A stretch of DNA of 64,000 bases. It comes from an uncultured archaeon. Lineage in GTDB: Archaea > Thermoproteota > Nitrososphaeria > Nitrososphaerales > Gagatemarchaeaceae. The DNA lies in the NCBI GenBank assembly GCA_963817525.1, contig CAWFOU010000007.1, positions 160,001 to 224,000 of the forward strand, read 5' to 3'. A program made the position numbers and the translations under genes. Under the pieces are notes generated by a model. It worked only from the letters and a program-made list of their open reading frames with translations, was not told the origin of the DNA and did not search any database. Positions 37,281-45,938 of this stretch are shown here, piece by piece; within the stretch, counting starts at the first letter, position 1; each line of letters starts with the position of its first letter.

Positions 37281-38393
37281 CTACCTGCTTTCCAGAGGGA
37301 TGTAATTCAGACCCTTCTTTCCGATGTAAGTGGCGTCGGGCCTGTATATCCTGTTGTCCATCAGCTGCTCGTTGTAGTGAGCGACCCAGCCGACGGTCCT
37401 GCTCGAGGCGAAGATGGGCGTGAAGGTCTCGATGGGGATGCCCAAGGTCATGAAGAGCGGGGCGGCGTAAAAGTCGACGTTCGAGGGGAGCTTCTTGAAC
37501 TCCCAGGCGGCGTTCTCTACGGCCTCGCAGAGCTTGTAGATGTCGAGGCTCTTCTTTTCCTTTTCGAGGAGGTCCCTTAGGAGCTTCTTCGCTAACTGGG
37601 AGCGCGGGTCGACGGTCTTGTAGACCCTGTGGCCGAAGCCCATTATCTTTTCGCCCTTGGCCAAGGTCTCCTGGACGTAGGGTCTCGCGTTGTCAGCGGT
37701 CCCTATCTTGAGGAGCATCTGCATGGCCGCCTCGTTGGCTCCCCCGTGAAGGGGCCCCTTGAGGGCGGCGAGCCCCGCGGTGCACGCGGCGTAGATGTCC
37801 GCCAACGTGGAGGCGACCACCCTCACGGTGAAGGCCGAAGCGTTGAGGTCGTGCTCCAGGTATAGGATTAGCATCCTCTCGAAGCACCAGGCCTCGTAGC
37901 TCGTGGGCTTCTTCCCGGTGAGCATGTAGAGGTAGTTAGCGGTGAGGCTGAGGGACGGGTCGGGCTCGGCTGGCTCCATCCCCTTGTTCAATCGGTAGCA
38001 GTTGGCCACTAGGGCCGGCATCTGCGCGATGATCGAGAGCTTCTGCTCCTCCGACGAGATTCCCCCCTCGGTGGCGCCCAGCCCAGAGACGGCAGTGCGC
38101 AGGACGTCCATCAGGTGCGCCTCGCGGGGTATCTCCTTGACGAGCTGGTAGACGTTGCGGGGGACGAGCGAATACCTCCTCAGCTTCGCCTCGAACTCCG
38201 CCAGCTCTCGCTTCTTCGGGAGCCTCCCGTACAGGATCAGGTAGGTGGACTCCTCGAAGGTCGAGTGCTCGAAGAGGTCATTGATGGCATACCCGCGGTA
38301 GATCAGCGTGCCGTCCGAGTCGCTGATCGCAATGCTGGTGTCCGCTACCGCGACTCCGTCGAGCCCCTTTGGGGCCCGGAGTATCTCTGCCAT
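37281..38393 (-). CDS. prpC: Citrate/2-methylcitrate synthase
   Basis: HDLNASAF, GPLHGGAN, GFGHRVY and NVDFY. Specificity inferred from prpD/prpB context. Confidence 0.85.
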   Translation of the reverse strand: MAEILRAPKGLDGVAVADTSIAISDSDGTLIYRGYAINDLFEHSTFEESTYLILYGRLPKKRELAEFEAKLRRYSLVPRNVYQLVKEIPREAHLMDVLRTAVSGLGATEGGISSEEQKLSIIAQMPALVANCYRLNKGMEPAEPDPSLSLTANYLYMLTGKKPTSYEAWCFERMLILYLEHDLNASAFTVRVVASTLADIYAACTAGLAALKGPLHGGANEAAMQMLLKIGTADNARPYVQETLAKGEKIMGFGHRVYKTVDPRSQLAKKLLRDLLEKEKKSLDIYKLCEAVENAAWEFKKLPSNVDFYAAPLFMTLGIPIETFTPIFASSRTVGWVAHYNEQLMDNRIYRPDATYIGKKGLNYIPLESR

Positions 38394-38663
38394 GCGAGGT
38401 TCAGAAGCAATAAACCCGATATTAATGGTTATAGACGATATATAACCTGCTCTTAGTCGTCATTCAGGCGCTTTAGGGACTCGCAACCCCAATCGTTTCC
38501 CGCTTTTACCCGTCGGTTGCCATCATTCGAGAAGCAATACGCCGTGAAAAAAAAAGCAAAGCCTACGCGCTCCGGAGGCTTAGGGCGCTTTCGCCTAAAA
38601 AGGGGCGGAATCCGACGTGGGAACTTCCGCACGCGAAAGCCCCGAGGGGGACGCACCCGGTTG

Positions 38664-39116
38664 ATGGCAAGGAGGGGCAGGGATTCCGGGGCGCCCCTGC
38701 ACCGCCATAGGCCGTGAGAGGAGTGGGGCGAGATTACGTCCAAATACAAGTCGGGCGCACTCCTTAGGGAACTCGCGAAGGAGTATGACCTGTCCCAGAA
38801 ATATATCACCGCCTCCCCGCATGGAGAGCTCCCAGACGAGGACACCCGGGCGATAGGCAGAGCGCACAGCGCGAAAGCGAGTGCAGAACGCCCTCACACA
38901 GTGAGCGACCGGACCAGGGAGAAGATGCGCCAGGCCAAACTCGGGCACGTGGTTAGCGCCGATACCAAGGAGAAGATGCGCCAAGCCGGACTCCGCCACT
39001 GGGCGCTTGCGCGCAGACTCGAGGACAGCAATGACCCCTCTCTGGACCCCTATTTGGACGAGATAATTCGGATTCCATGGGGGTGGGTCGTCGCGGTCTC
39101 GGAGACCGTCCTCTGA
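38664..39116 (+). pseudogene. HTH plus NUMOD3-like repeat protein interrupted by an in-frame TGA
   Basis: MARRGRDSGAPLHRHRP*EEWGEITSKYKSGALLRELAKEYDLSQKYI...HTVSDRTREKMRQAKLGHVVSADTKEKMRQA in one frame; TGA at 38715-38717. Confidence 0.6.
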
Positions 39117-39270
39117 TGGCCAAGAGGGGCAGGGACGGGTGCAGGGGTGGGGGCGACGGGGTTCGTGGTCGTGGTGGCAGCACAGTCGTAGACTACGGCG
39201 CAGCTCCCCGTCGGGTCGGTACTGCTCTCCTGGTTGTCTAGGGCGTAGATGTACCGGTCGAGGCTCTGGG
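39050..39270 (-). pseudogene. Orphan Rhs cassette remnant (core end plus start of an alternative C-terminus)
   Basis: PQSLDRYIYALDNQESSTDPTGSCAVVYDCAATTTTN copies the main Rhs junction, then diverges and truncates. Confidence 0.85.
39161..39268. repeat. Direct repeat R1, copy b (pairs with 41060-41167)
   Basis: First 60 nt identical, then few mismatches over about 108 nt; spans the DPTG junction. Confidence 0.95.
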
Positions 39271-39282
39271 GGGATTTTTCAT

Positions 39283-39510
39283 CTATCGCGTGGATAACGC
39301 CGAGATATTGGTCTGTTTTCTGTAATTCCTCCATTTTTTGGAATTGTCCCATGTAGCTATCACAAAAACGGCGAAAGAAAGAAGCTTAAGGGCGCCGGTT
39401 GTCAATGGTGCGAGCTTCAATTCATTTACGAGCACTAGAACAGCAACTTCAAAAGCTACTAATGACAGTCCAACAGCACAGAATTTCCATTCCGTTCTAT
39501 CCAGGATCAA
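39283..39510 (-). CDS. Putative 2-TM immunity protein of the orphan cassette
   Basis: AT-rich, two hydrophobic helices, TTG start after GGGGG, directly downstream of the orphan tip. Confidence 0.6.
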   Translation of the reverse strand: MILDRTEWKFCAVGLSLVAFEVAVLVLVNELKLAPLTTGALKLLSFAVFVIATWDNSKKWRNYRKQTNISALSTR

Positions 39511-39521
39511 ATGCCCCCTTA

Positions 39522-39939
39522 TCAGCCAAACAAGTTGAAGAAAAGTCCTTCAGCCCACGTGTCTAGTCCTTTTTGGGCCATAAAATTTGGATTGTTCCAG
39601 TTATTGTAGGTGTAGATGACTTCGTCGCCCTCAGGACAGCACTGAAGGTCCGGCCACGAAAGCGGCACCACCTGTGCCTAGCCCGGCTACTATAACCAAT
39701 GCGATCGCAGTAATACCAATGATGTTGTCGAGCATTAGTCCATCCCGGTTTGAAGTTAAACCGGAACTATTTGCCGTAGCCGGTACATCCGAACTAGCAG
39801 TTGTTGAAATACTCGTCGTCGTTGAACTCGTCGAAGGTGACGACTGCGTCGAGGTATTGGGCACGAAACCCGACCCCGGAGTCCCATCGGAGACATTGGC
39901 CAGGCAATGTGAGCACGTGGTCTGGGACGGACCGCCCAA
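39522..39939 (-). pseudogene. Orphan alternative Rhs toxin tip (frameshifted)
   Basis: CSHC..GTPGSGFVPNTSTQSSPSTSSTTTS stalk copy, then a different hydrophobic tip IIGITAIALVIVAGLGTGGAAFVAG. After TGA 39631 a +1 frame continues EGDEVIYTYNNWNNPNFMAQKGLDTWAEGLFFNLFG*. Confidence 0.8.
39811..39887. repeat. Direct repeat R2, copy b (pairs with 40697-40773)
   Basis: 77 nt with 2 mismatches; encodes the GTPGSGFVPNTSTQSSPSTSSTTTS stalk. Confidence 0.95.
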
Positions 39940-39976
39940 TCCCGATGGAGATGATTTCCGTCACTGGGAGGAAGCT

Positions 39977-40378
39977 TCATATCGCATTTTTGCCCTTCGA
40001 AAATGATTTTCTCATCGAAATGGCTTTGCTCATGACCGCCGCGTAGTAACCGAGTTGCGGAACACCGCTGAGTATCAGGACAATAAAGGCGTCAGAGAAT
40101 GCAGATTGATTATGCCCCACAAAGAAGAATACTTCTACGGCCAAGCTGGCATCCATGACTGCTATGGAGGAAAGAACCCACCTTCGCAATCTTGGAAGAA
40201 ACTGGTCAAGAGTTTTGAACGACACAAATTGCTCGTTCATCTTCAATGTGAGAGCCCCCGAAAAGATTAGCAGTGGAACCTCAAACGATTTCGCAAAGAA
40301 AGGGACGACAAAAAACGCAAGAAGAAGAAGCAACACGAATGAGAGATTTGTAAGACGGTGGAATACCCTCAAGGACAC
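39977..40378 (-). CDS. Putative 4-TM immunity protein of the main Rhs toxin
   Basis: AT-rich, four hydrophobic helices, starts 12 nt after the Rhs stop. Confidence 0.7.
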   Translation of the reverse strand: MSLRVFHRLTNLSFVLLLLLAFFVVPFFAKSFEVPLLIFSGALTLKMNEQFVSFKTLDQFLPRLRRWVLSSIAVMDASLAVEVFFFVGHNQSAFSDAFIVLILSGVPQLGYYAAVMSKAISMRKSFSKGKNAI

Positions 40379-40390
40379 TATCGAGAGAAC

Positions 40391-43300
40391 TCACACCCAC
40401 TTGGAAAGTGCCGAAGCAAGCAACCCGAGTCCAACCGCTAGAATTGGACCGCCGACCAATACATCGTCAGCTTCAATGGCGGGAACGAGGACGATTCCAA
40501 CGCCGGTGGAAGACACCGCGATTGACGTTACGACCCCACCAAAGAGGATGCCTGCTCCCGCCAGAGTGAGACCCAATCCGATGAGGAATTGATCGCCGGG
40601 GCTATAACTGTTCCACTCAGAAGTCAACGGGCAGAGGTTCCCGCAATCCAGACCCGTACCGACAACAGAGTTCGAAGATGAAGCGGTCGACGTGACACTC
40701 GTCGTCGTTGAACTCGTCGAAGGGGACGACTGTGTCGAGGTATTGGGCACGAAACCCGACCCCGGAGTCCCATTCGGGGCGTCGTTTACGCAGTGCGAGC
40801 ACTCGGGCGTGGAAGAGGATGTGGAAGAGGATGTACCAGAAATAGGCGGGGTGCTCACGACGGGTGGCGGCGTGGGCGGTGGCGACGCAACGCAGGTGTA
40901 GGCGAAGCACCCGCTGGGCTGCGGTGTGGGCGCGGCGGCAGGAGCAGGTGCAGGGGTAGGCTGGGGATCATACGGCGGCAGGGTTTCCACTACAGAAGTC
41001 TCCACTACAGAAGTTGTAGGCGCAGGGGTGGAGGTGGGGGCGGGGGCGGGGGCGATGGCGTTCGTGGTCGTGGTGGCAGCACAGTCGTAGACTACGGCGC
41101 AGCTCCCCGTCGGGTCGGTGTTGCTCTCCGGGTTGTCGAGGGCGTACGTGTACCGGTCGAGGCTCTGCGGGTCCTCCGCGACGCCTGGGAAGGTGTCCTG
41201 GGTGATGAACCTCTGGATCGAGGGGTCGTAGAACCTGGCGCCGAAGTAGTAGAGGCCTGTCGAGCCGTCTATGGGCTTGCCGCTGAACTGGAAGTAGGCT
41301 TGCCCGTCCTTCTGCCAGTTGGCGCCATAGGGCTTGTAGTCGGTGCTGAAGAGGGTGTTTGACGTGCCCTCCATCACCTGCCTGACGCTCCCGCTGGCGT
41401 CGTCGAGGTAGAAGTAGGAGTAGCCGCACTCGCACTCCTCCTCGAGCAGCATGCCGTTGGCGTAGTAGTACTTGTCGACCGCGCCTGACCCGGTGTTCTT
41501 CTCGTAGATCAGGTTGTTCCCCTCGTAGATGTACACCGTGGTCTGCGTGCCCTGCACGCTCTTTATCCTCTCACCGTCGCTGTCGTACGTGTTCGTCTGG
41601 ACAGTCGAGCCGCCCTTCGACACGCTGGTGAGTTCGTTGTCATAGTTGTACGAGTAGTGCCAGGTCGTCGACCCGTTGACGAGCTCCAGCAGGTTCCCGT
41701 TGTCGTCGTAGGTGAGGCTGGCGCTTCCGACCGAAGTGAGCTTGTTGTTGGCGGCATACCCGTAGGTCGTCTTCACGCTGTTCTGTGTCACGCTCACGAT
41801 GTTTCCGGCCGCATCGTAGTTGTAGTCGATGGTCCCCCAGGAACCTGTCGCGGTGGAGAGGCGGTTCAACCAGTCGTAGGTGTAGCTGTCGCTGTTGATG
41901 CTGAGGACGTTGCCGACGTTGTCATAGGTGTAGGCGAGGTCCATCTCGGTCGTGATTCCCGACATTGCGACGATGCTCGTGGGCAGGTCTGTGCTGTTGT
42001 ACGTGTAGGTCGTTTGAGCGCCGTTCTGGTAGGTTATCGTGTTGATCTTGTCGTCGAGCGTGTACGTGAAGTTCACCGCGTGGTCGTTCATGCTCGTGAC
42101 CCTGTTGAGAGCGTCGTAGGTGAAGGCATCGGTGGTGCCGTCGGGGTACTTTATCGAGAGGATGTTGCTGGCCTTGTCATATGTATAGAGCACCTGGTAT
42201 TTGGCTCCGGCTATCGTGTCCGTCTCGTTGGTCAGGCGGTTCATCGCATCGTATGTGTAGTTGTCGATCGACCCAGAATTGCTCTCGGTGATGATGTTCC
42301 CCGCTTTGTCGTAGGTGTACGAGATGCTGGAGGACCCTGGATAGGTGACCTTTGTGAGCCTGTCCAGTGGGTTGTACGAGTAGCTCGTCGTGTTGTCGTT
42401 GCCGTCAGTCAGGCTTTGCAGGAGGCTGTCTGCGTCATAGGTCTTGGTCTCGTACGTCGCGTCCGGATAGGTGGTCTTTATCAGGCGGTTTAGGTCGTCG
42501 TACTTGTAGCTCGTGACGCCTCCGTCAGGATTTGTGCTGTTCACGAGGTTCCCCGCAGCGTTGTATACGTATGTGGTCGTGTTGTATGCCCCCGTCTTGT
42601 AGTACTCCCTCACGCTGGTCAGGAGGCCGTCCCAGTTGTAGACGTCCTGCGTCTCGTGGCCGTCGGGGTCCGTCACCGTCTTGATATTGTTCACGTCGTT
42701 GTAGGAGATCGTCTCGGTTCCAGAAGGACTGATCTCCTTGATGAGCCGGCCATCCTGATCGTAAGTGTAGTAGGTGGTGTGCCCTGTGGGGGTGGTCTCG
42801 TGCGCGACCTCGTTGTCCCAATTGTAGGTGTAGCTGGTGGTGGAGTACAGCGTATCGCCGTTGAATGTTTGGACAGATGTCAGCCGCCCTAGGCCGTCAT
42901 AGGTCTGGTTCACTATGTTCCCGTCGGGGTCGGTCATCTTGACGACGTTGTGGGTGTTGTCGTAGGCGTAGGTCTCGACCGACGTCGACGCCCCCACGGT
43001 CGGGTACGTGATCGTCAATACCCGATTCAGAGCGTCGTACGTGTACGAGGTGGTGTGCCCGTCCGGGTCGGTCTGGGAGAGCAAGTCCCCGGTCGAAAGC
43101 TGGTAGGTGCTGGAGCTGGTGGTGTTCACGCCGCCCACGTCGATGCTCGTCATCGTCGGGTATGCGTAGGAGTACGTGGCGGAGTAGTCGACGTCCGTCG
43201 TGTTTCCGAGGGGGTCGGTCGCCGAGATCTGGTTGCCGTAATGGTCGTATGCGTAGTTCGAATAGAGCCACGAGGCGCCGTCTAGCTGCTTGGTCTGGAG

Positions 43301-44920
43301 CACGTCCCCCGCCGCGTCATACTTGTAGTAGGTCTCCATGGGGACGGTCCCGTTTGCGTTTTGGAACGAGGCTTCCCCCACCAGCGCGTCGTGGATGTTC
43401 GAAGAGACCACCAGCGGAGTATAGAAGCTGTTGGAGAAGCCAGAGACGCCGAACGTGTCCTGGGAGTCCGTGTTAGCATAGGAGTAGTACGTCTTGTCGC
43501 CGACGTTGTCCTCGCTGTAGATCAAGTTCCCCCAGTTGTCGTATGAGAACTGCGAGCTTGCGAGCAGAGAGAGCGTGGGCGACAGCAGCTTTGTCTCGTT
43601 GATCTGACCGGCGGTGTTGTAGTCGTTCTCGGTGATCCGCACGATGCCGTTCGTAGAGTTAAGGTCGTAGATCCTCTCCAGGTTGTTCGAGTTCTGGAAG
43701 TTGAAGTCTAGGAAGCCCTGCGTAGCCGTGCCGTTCGACATCGTGGAATTCGACCACGTCACGAGCCCGTTCGTGATCGCGTAGGAGGTGCTCAAACTCT
43801 CGGTGAGTGAGGGGAGCGCCGTCGACGAGTAGATGTTCCTTGCGCTCACGGCGTAGAACGTCACCTCGGTTCCGACGGCCTGGCCCGCGTAGGAGTAGGT
43901 GTCTCCGCCCAGGGTGGGATAGATTATTCCCGTAAGGAGCCACCGATTGACTCCGTCGTTGTACTCGTAGCGGGTCACCCTGCTGAGGGGGTCCGTGAGG
44001 CTGACGAGGTTGGTTCCTACGTAACCGAAACTCCATGTGCTTCCGCCCGAGCTGATCGAGCTCAGCTGGCCGTTACCATTGTACGAGAAGGTAACAGTCC
44101 TGCCGATCGTGTCTGTGATCTGGGAGATCTGGCCGGACGAGTACTCGAACGAGATGGTGTTGTTGCCGGTGCTGTCGGTTATCGAGAGCAGTTCCTTGTC
44201 AGAGGCGTAGTGAAAGTCTATCCCGGAGGGAAGATAGAGGTCGTAGGTGCCGCTGCCGCTGTTCTGCACGAGCTCGAAGTCGGTCGCGTTGTTGACTGTC
44301 ATGGTGTCGCCCACCCAATTGTAGGGGTACGCCCCCCCGTCCGCGAGATGGACGTAGTTCGTGCCCAGCCACGGGAAGTTCAGAGCCCAGCCGTTCCCGA
44401 GGTCGGCGAGGGTGAAGTTGTCGTACTCGAAAGGCGAGTCGGAGCGGAAGCCGTAAGGCTGGGTGTAGACCAATCCGATGTCCAAGTTCAGCCCTCCTCT
44501 CCCCGTGAGCGCCAGAGTTCCCTGCTCGATCGAGAGGAGGCCGTTCCCCGGAGACACGACCTCCGAGAGCTGGTTGAAGTATGACTCGTACGGTGAGATC
44601 CCTGCTTGGCTCCAGGAGTTCGGCGAAGCGGGCGCTATCGGGACCACGGGCGGGAACGAAGCGAACACGACGTCGTACGGCGACGAGCTCCCCGTGGTCC
44701 ACGCGACGGAGACGATGGAGTCGCTTATGGGACCGGCCGTGGCCGTGAACGGCTGCAGGTTCGCCTGGTCGCTCGTCAGCGTCTGCTTGGGTCCCCAAGT
44801 CACCCCCAGGTTGGTGCTCACAAAATAGTAGACGGTGGACTCGGACTGGTCGGCCTCGAAGGCCACGAGGGTGTCCTGTCCGTCGGTGGAGATCGTCTTC
44901 GACGAAGACAACTCGAACAT
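40391..44920 (-). CDS. Rhs/YD-repeat protein with Pro/Thr/Ser stalk and hydrophobic C-terminal tip
   Basis: Many YxYD repeats (YTYDALNR); core TGLYYFGARFYDPSIQRFITQD...YALDNPESNTDPTG (PxxxxDPxG); Asp-box-like STNLGVTW near the N-terminus. Confidence 0.95.
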   Translation of the reverse strand: MFELSSSKTISTDGQDTLVAFEADQSESTVYYFVSTNLGVTWGPKQTLTSDQANLQPFTATAGPISDSIVSVAWTTGSSSPYDVVFASFPPVVPIAPASPNSWSQAGISPYESYFNQLSEVVSPGNGLLSIEQGTLALTGRGGLNLDIGLVYTQPYGFRSDSPFEYDNFTLADLGNGWALNFPWLGTNYVHLADGGAYPYNWVGDTMTVNNATDFELVQNSGSGTYDLYLPSGIDFHYASDKELLSITDSTGNNTISFEYSSGQISQITDTIGRTVTFSYNGNGQLSSISSGGSTWSFGYVGTNLVSLTDPLSRVTRYEYNDGVNRWLLTGIIYPTLGGDTYSYAGQAVGTEVTFYAVSARNIYSSTALPSLTESLSTSYAITNGLVTWSNSTMSNGTATQGFLDFNFQNSNNLERIYDLNSTNGIVRITENDYNTAGQINETKLLSPTLSLLASSQFSYDNWGNLIYSEDNVGDKTYYSYANTDSQDTFGVSGFSNSFYTPLVVSSNIHDALVGEASFQNANGTVPMETYYKYDAAGDVLQTKQLDGASWLYSNYAYDHYGNQISATDPLGNTTDVDYSATYSYAYPTMTSIDVGGVNTTSSSTYQLSTGDLLSQTDPDGHTTSYTYDALNRVLTITYPTVGASTSVETYAYDNTHNVVKMTDPDGNIVNQTYDGLGRLTSVQTFNGDTLYSTTSYTYNWDNEVAHETTPTGHTTYYTYDQDGRLIKEISPSGTETISYNDVNNIKTVTDPDGHETQDVYNWDGLLTSVREYYKTGAYNTTTYVYNAAGNLVNSTNPDGGVTSYKYDDLNRLIKTTYPDATYETKTYDADSLLQSLTDGNDNTTSYSYNPLDRLTKVTYPGSSSISYTYDKAGNIITESNSGSIDNYTYDAMNRLTNETDTIAGAKYQVLYTYDKASNILSIKYPDGTTDAFTYDALNRVTSMNDHAVNFTYTLDDKINTITYQNGAQTTYTYNSTDLPTSIVAMSGITTEMDLAYTYDNVGNVLSINSDSYTYDWLNRLSTATGSWGTIDYNYDAAGNIVSVTQNSVKTTYGYAANNKLTSVGSASLTYDDNGNLLELVNGSTTWHYSYNYDNELTSVSKGGSTVQTNTYDSDGERIKSVQGTQTTVYIYEGNNLIYEKNTGSGAVDKYYYANGMLLEEECECGYSYFYLDDASGSVRQVMEGTSNTLFSTDYKPYGANWQKDGQAYFQFSGKPIDGSTGLYYFGARFYDPSIQRFITQDTFPGVAEDPQSLDRYTYALDNPESNTDPTGSCAVVYDCAATTTTNAIAPAPAPTSTPAPTTSVVETSVVETLPPYDPQPTPAPAPAAAPTPQPSGCFAYTCVASPPPTPPPVVSTPPISGTSSSTSSSTPECSHCVNDAPNGTPGSGFVPNTSTQSSPSTSSTTTSVTSTASSSNSVVGTGLDCGNLCPLTSEWNSYSPGDQFLIGLGLTLAGAGILFGGVVTSIAVSSTGVGIVLVPAIEADDVLVGGPILAVGLGLLASALSKWV
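40697..40773. repeat. Direct repeat R2, copy a
   Basis: Matches 39811-39887. Confidence 0.95.
41060..41167. repeat. Direct repeat R1, copy a
   Basis: Matches 39161-39268. Confidence 0.95.
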
Positions 44921-44964
44921 GAAGGACGAGCGCCTCGTGAAGACGCTGCACCCAAGGCCCTAAG

Positions 44965-45876
44965 CTAGCCCAGGAGACGAGACCCCTTCCGCGCGGTCTC
45001 CTTGTCAGCCCTCTCTAGGGAGCGGTAGTCCGTGAGCTCGTAGAACTCATCCCTGGTCATCATCTTCTCGAGGAGGGCCTTCTGCGTCCCCGACCTGGAG
45101 AGCTGCCGGAGGGCGTCACGCATCGCCTTCATCGCTACCCGGAAGGTCGTCACGGGGAAGATGACGAGCTTGTAGCCCTCGCCCAGCCCCGCAAAGTCAG
45201 ACAGCGAGAGGTAGGGAGTCTTGCCGAACTCCGTCATGTTGGCGAGCAGCGGCCCCCTCACCTTCTTCGCGAACTCGGCGAACTCCTCCCTGGACTTTAG
45301 GGCCTCTGGGAATATCACGTCCGCCCCCGCTCTCTGGTAGAGCCTCGCCCTCTCCACCGCCCCGTCGAGCCCCTCGGTCTCCGCGGCGTCGGTCCTCGCT
45401 ATCACGACCAGCTCGGTCTTGGCGGCTGCCTTGGCCGCGATGACCTTCTTCGCCATCTCGGCTGGCTCGACCACCCCCTTCCCGTCGAGGTGCCCGCACC
45501 TCTTGGGCATGACCTGGTCCTCGATCTGTATCGCGGCCGCCCCGGCCCGCTCCATCTCCCGGACGGTCCGGGCGACGTTGACCGCTTCCCCAAACCCCGT
45601 GTCCACGTCGACGATGAGCGGCAGCGAGGGCACGACGGCAGTTATGCGCGCGGCCGCCTCGGCGACCTCGGAGAGGGTGGTTACCCCGAGGTCGGGCAGA
45701 CCCATGGAGTTCGAGAGGGCGGCCCCGGAGAGGTAGAGGCACTGGAATCCTGCTTCCTCGGCCAGCAGCGCGACGGCCGGGTTGAAAACGCCGGGTGTTG
45801 CAATCGTATTCTTCCCCGAGAGGAGCTTCCTAAGCCTCGCGCCGGGGTCGGCAGCTGGCCTCTTCGCGGGGGGCAT
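44965..45876 (-). CDS. prpB: Methylisocitrate lyase
   Basis: DVDTGFG, IEDQVMPKRCGH, ARTDA and ANMTEFGKTP. Confidence 0.95.
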   Translation of the reverse strand: MPPAKRPAADPGARLRKLLSGKNTIATPGVFNPAVALLAEEAGFQCLYLSGAALSNSMGLPDLGVTTLSEVAEAAARITAVVPSLPLIVDVDTGFGEAVNVARTVREMERAGAAAIQIEDQVMPKRCGHLDGKGVVEPAEMAKKVIAAKAAAKTELVVIARTDAAETEGLDGAVERARLYQRAGADVIFPEALKSREEFAEFAKKVRGPLLANMTEFGKTPYLSLSDFAGLGEGYKLVIFPVTTFRVAMKAMRDALRQLSRSGTQKALLEKMMTRDEFYELTDYRSLERADKETARKGSRLLG

Positions 45877-45938
45877 AACACTGCGCCTCGGGTTGCATTG
45901 ATTTATAGACCCTGGGTCGGGGCGAAAGAAGCACAGCC

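Noticed and set aside
38517-38663. Arg-rich 66-aa ORF as a ribosomal or nucleoid protein
   Set aside because: No recognisable family; it is only an upstream extension of the HTH-NUMOD3 frame.
38715-38717. Selenocysteine recoding of the in-frame TGA
   Set aside because: No redox or metal motif context and no recognisable SECIS; a nonsense mutation or sequence error is simpler.
39050-41167. CRISPR array or DGR template/variable repeat pair
   Set aside because: The repeats are two unrelated coding pairs without regular spacers, mismatches are not adenine-specific, and no cas or reverse transcriptase gene is present.
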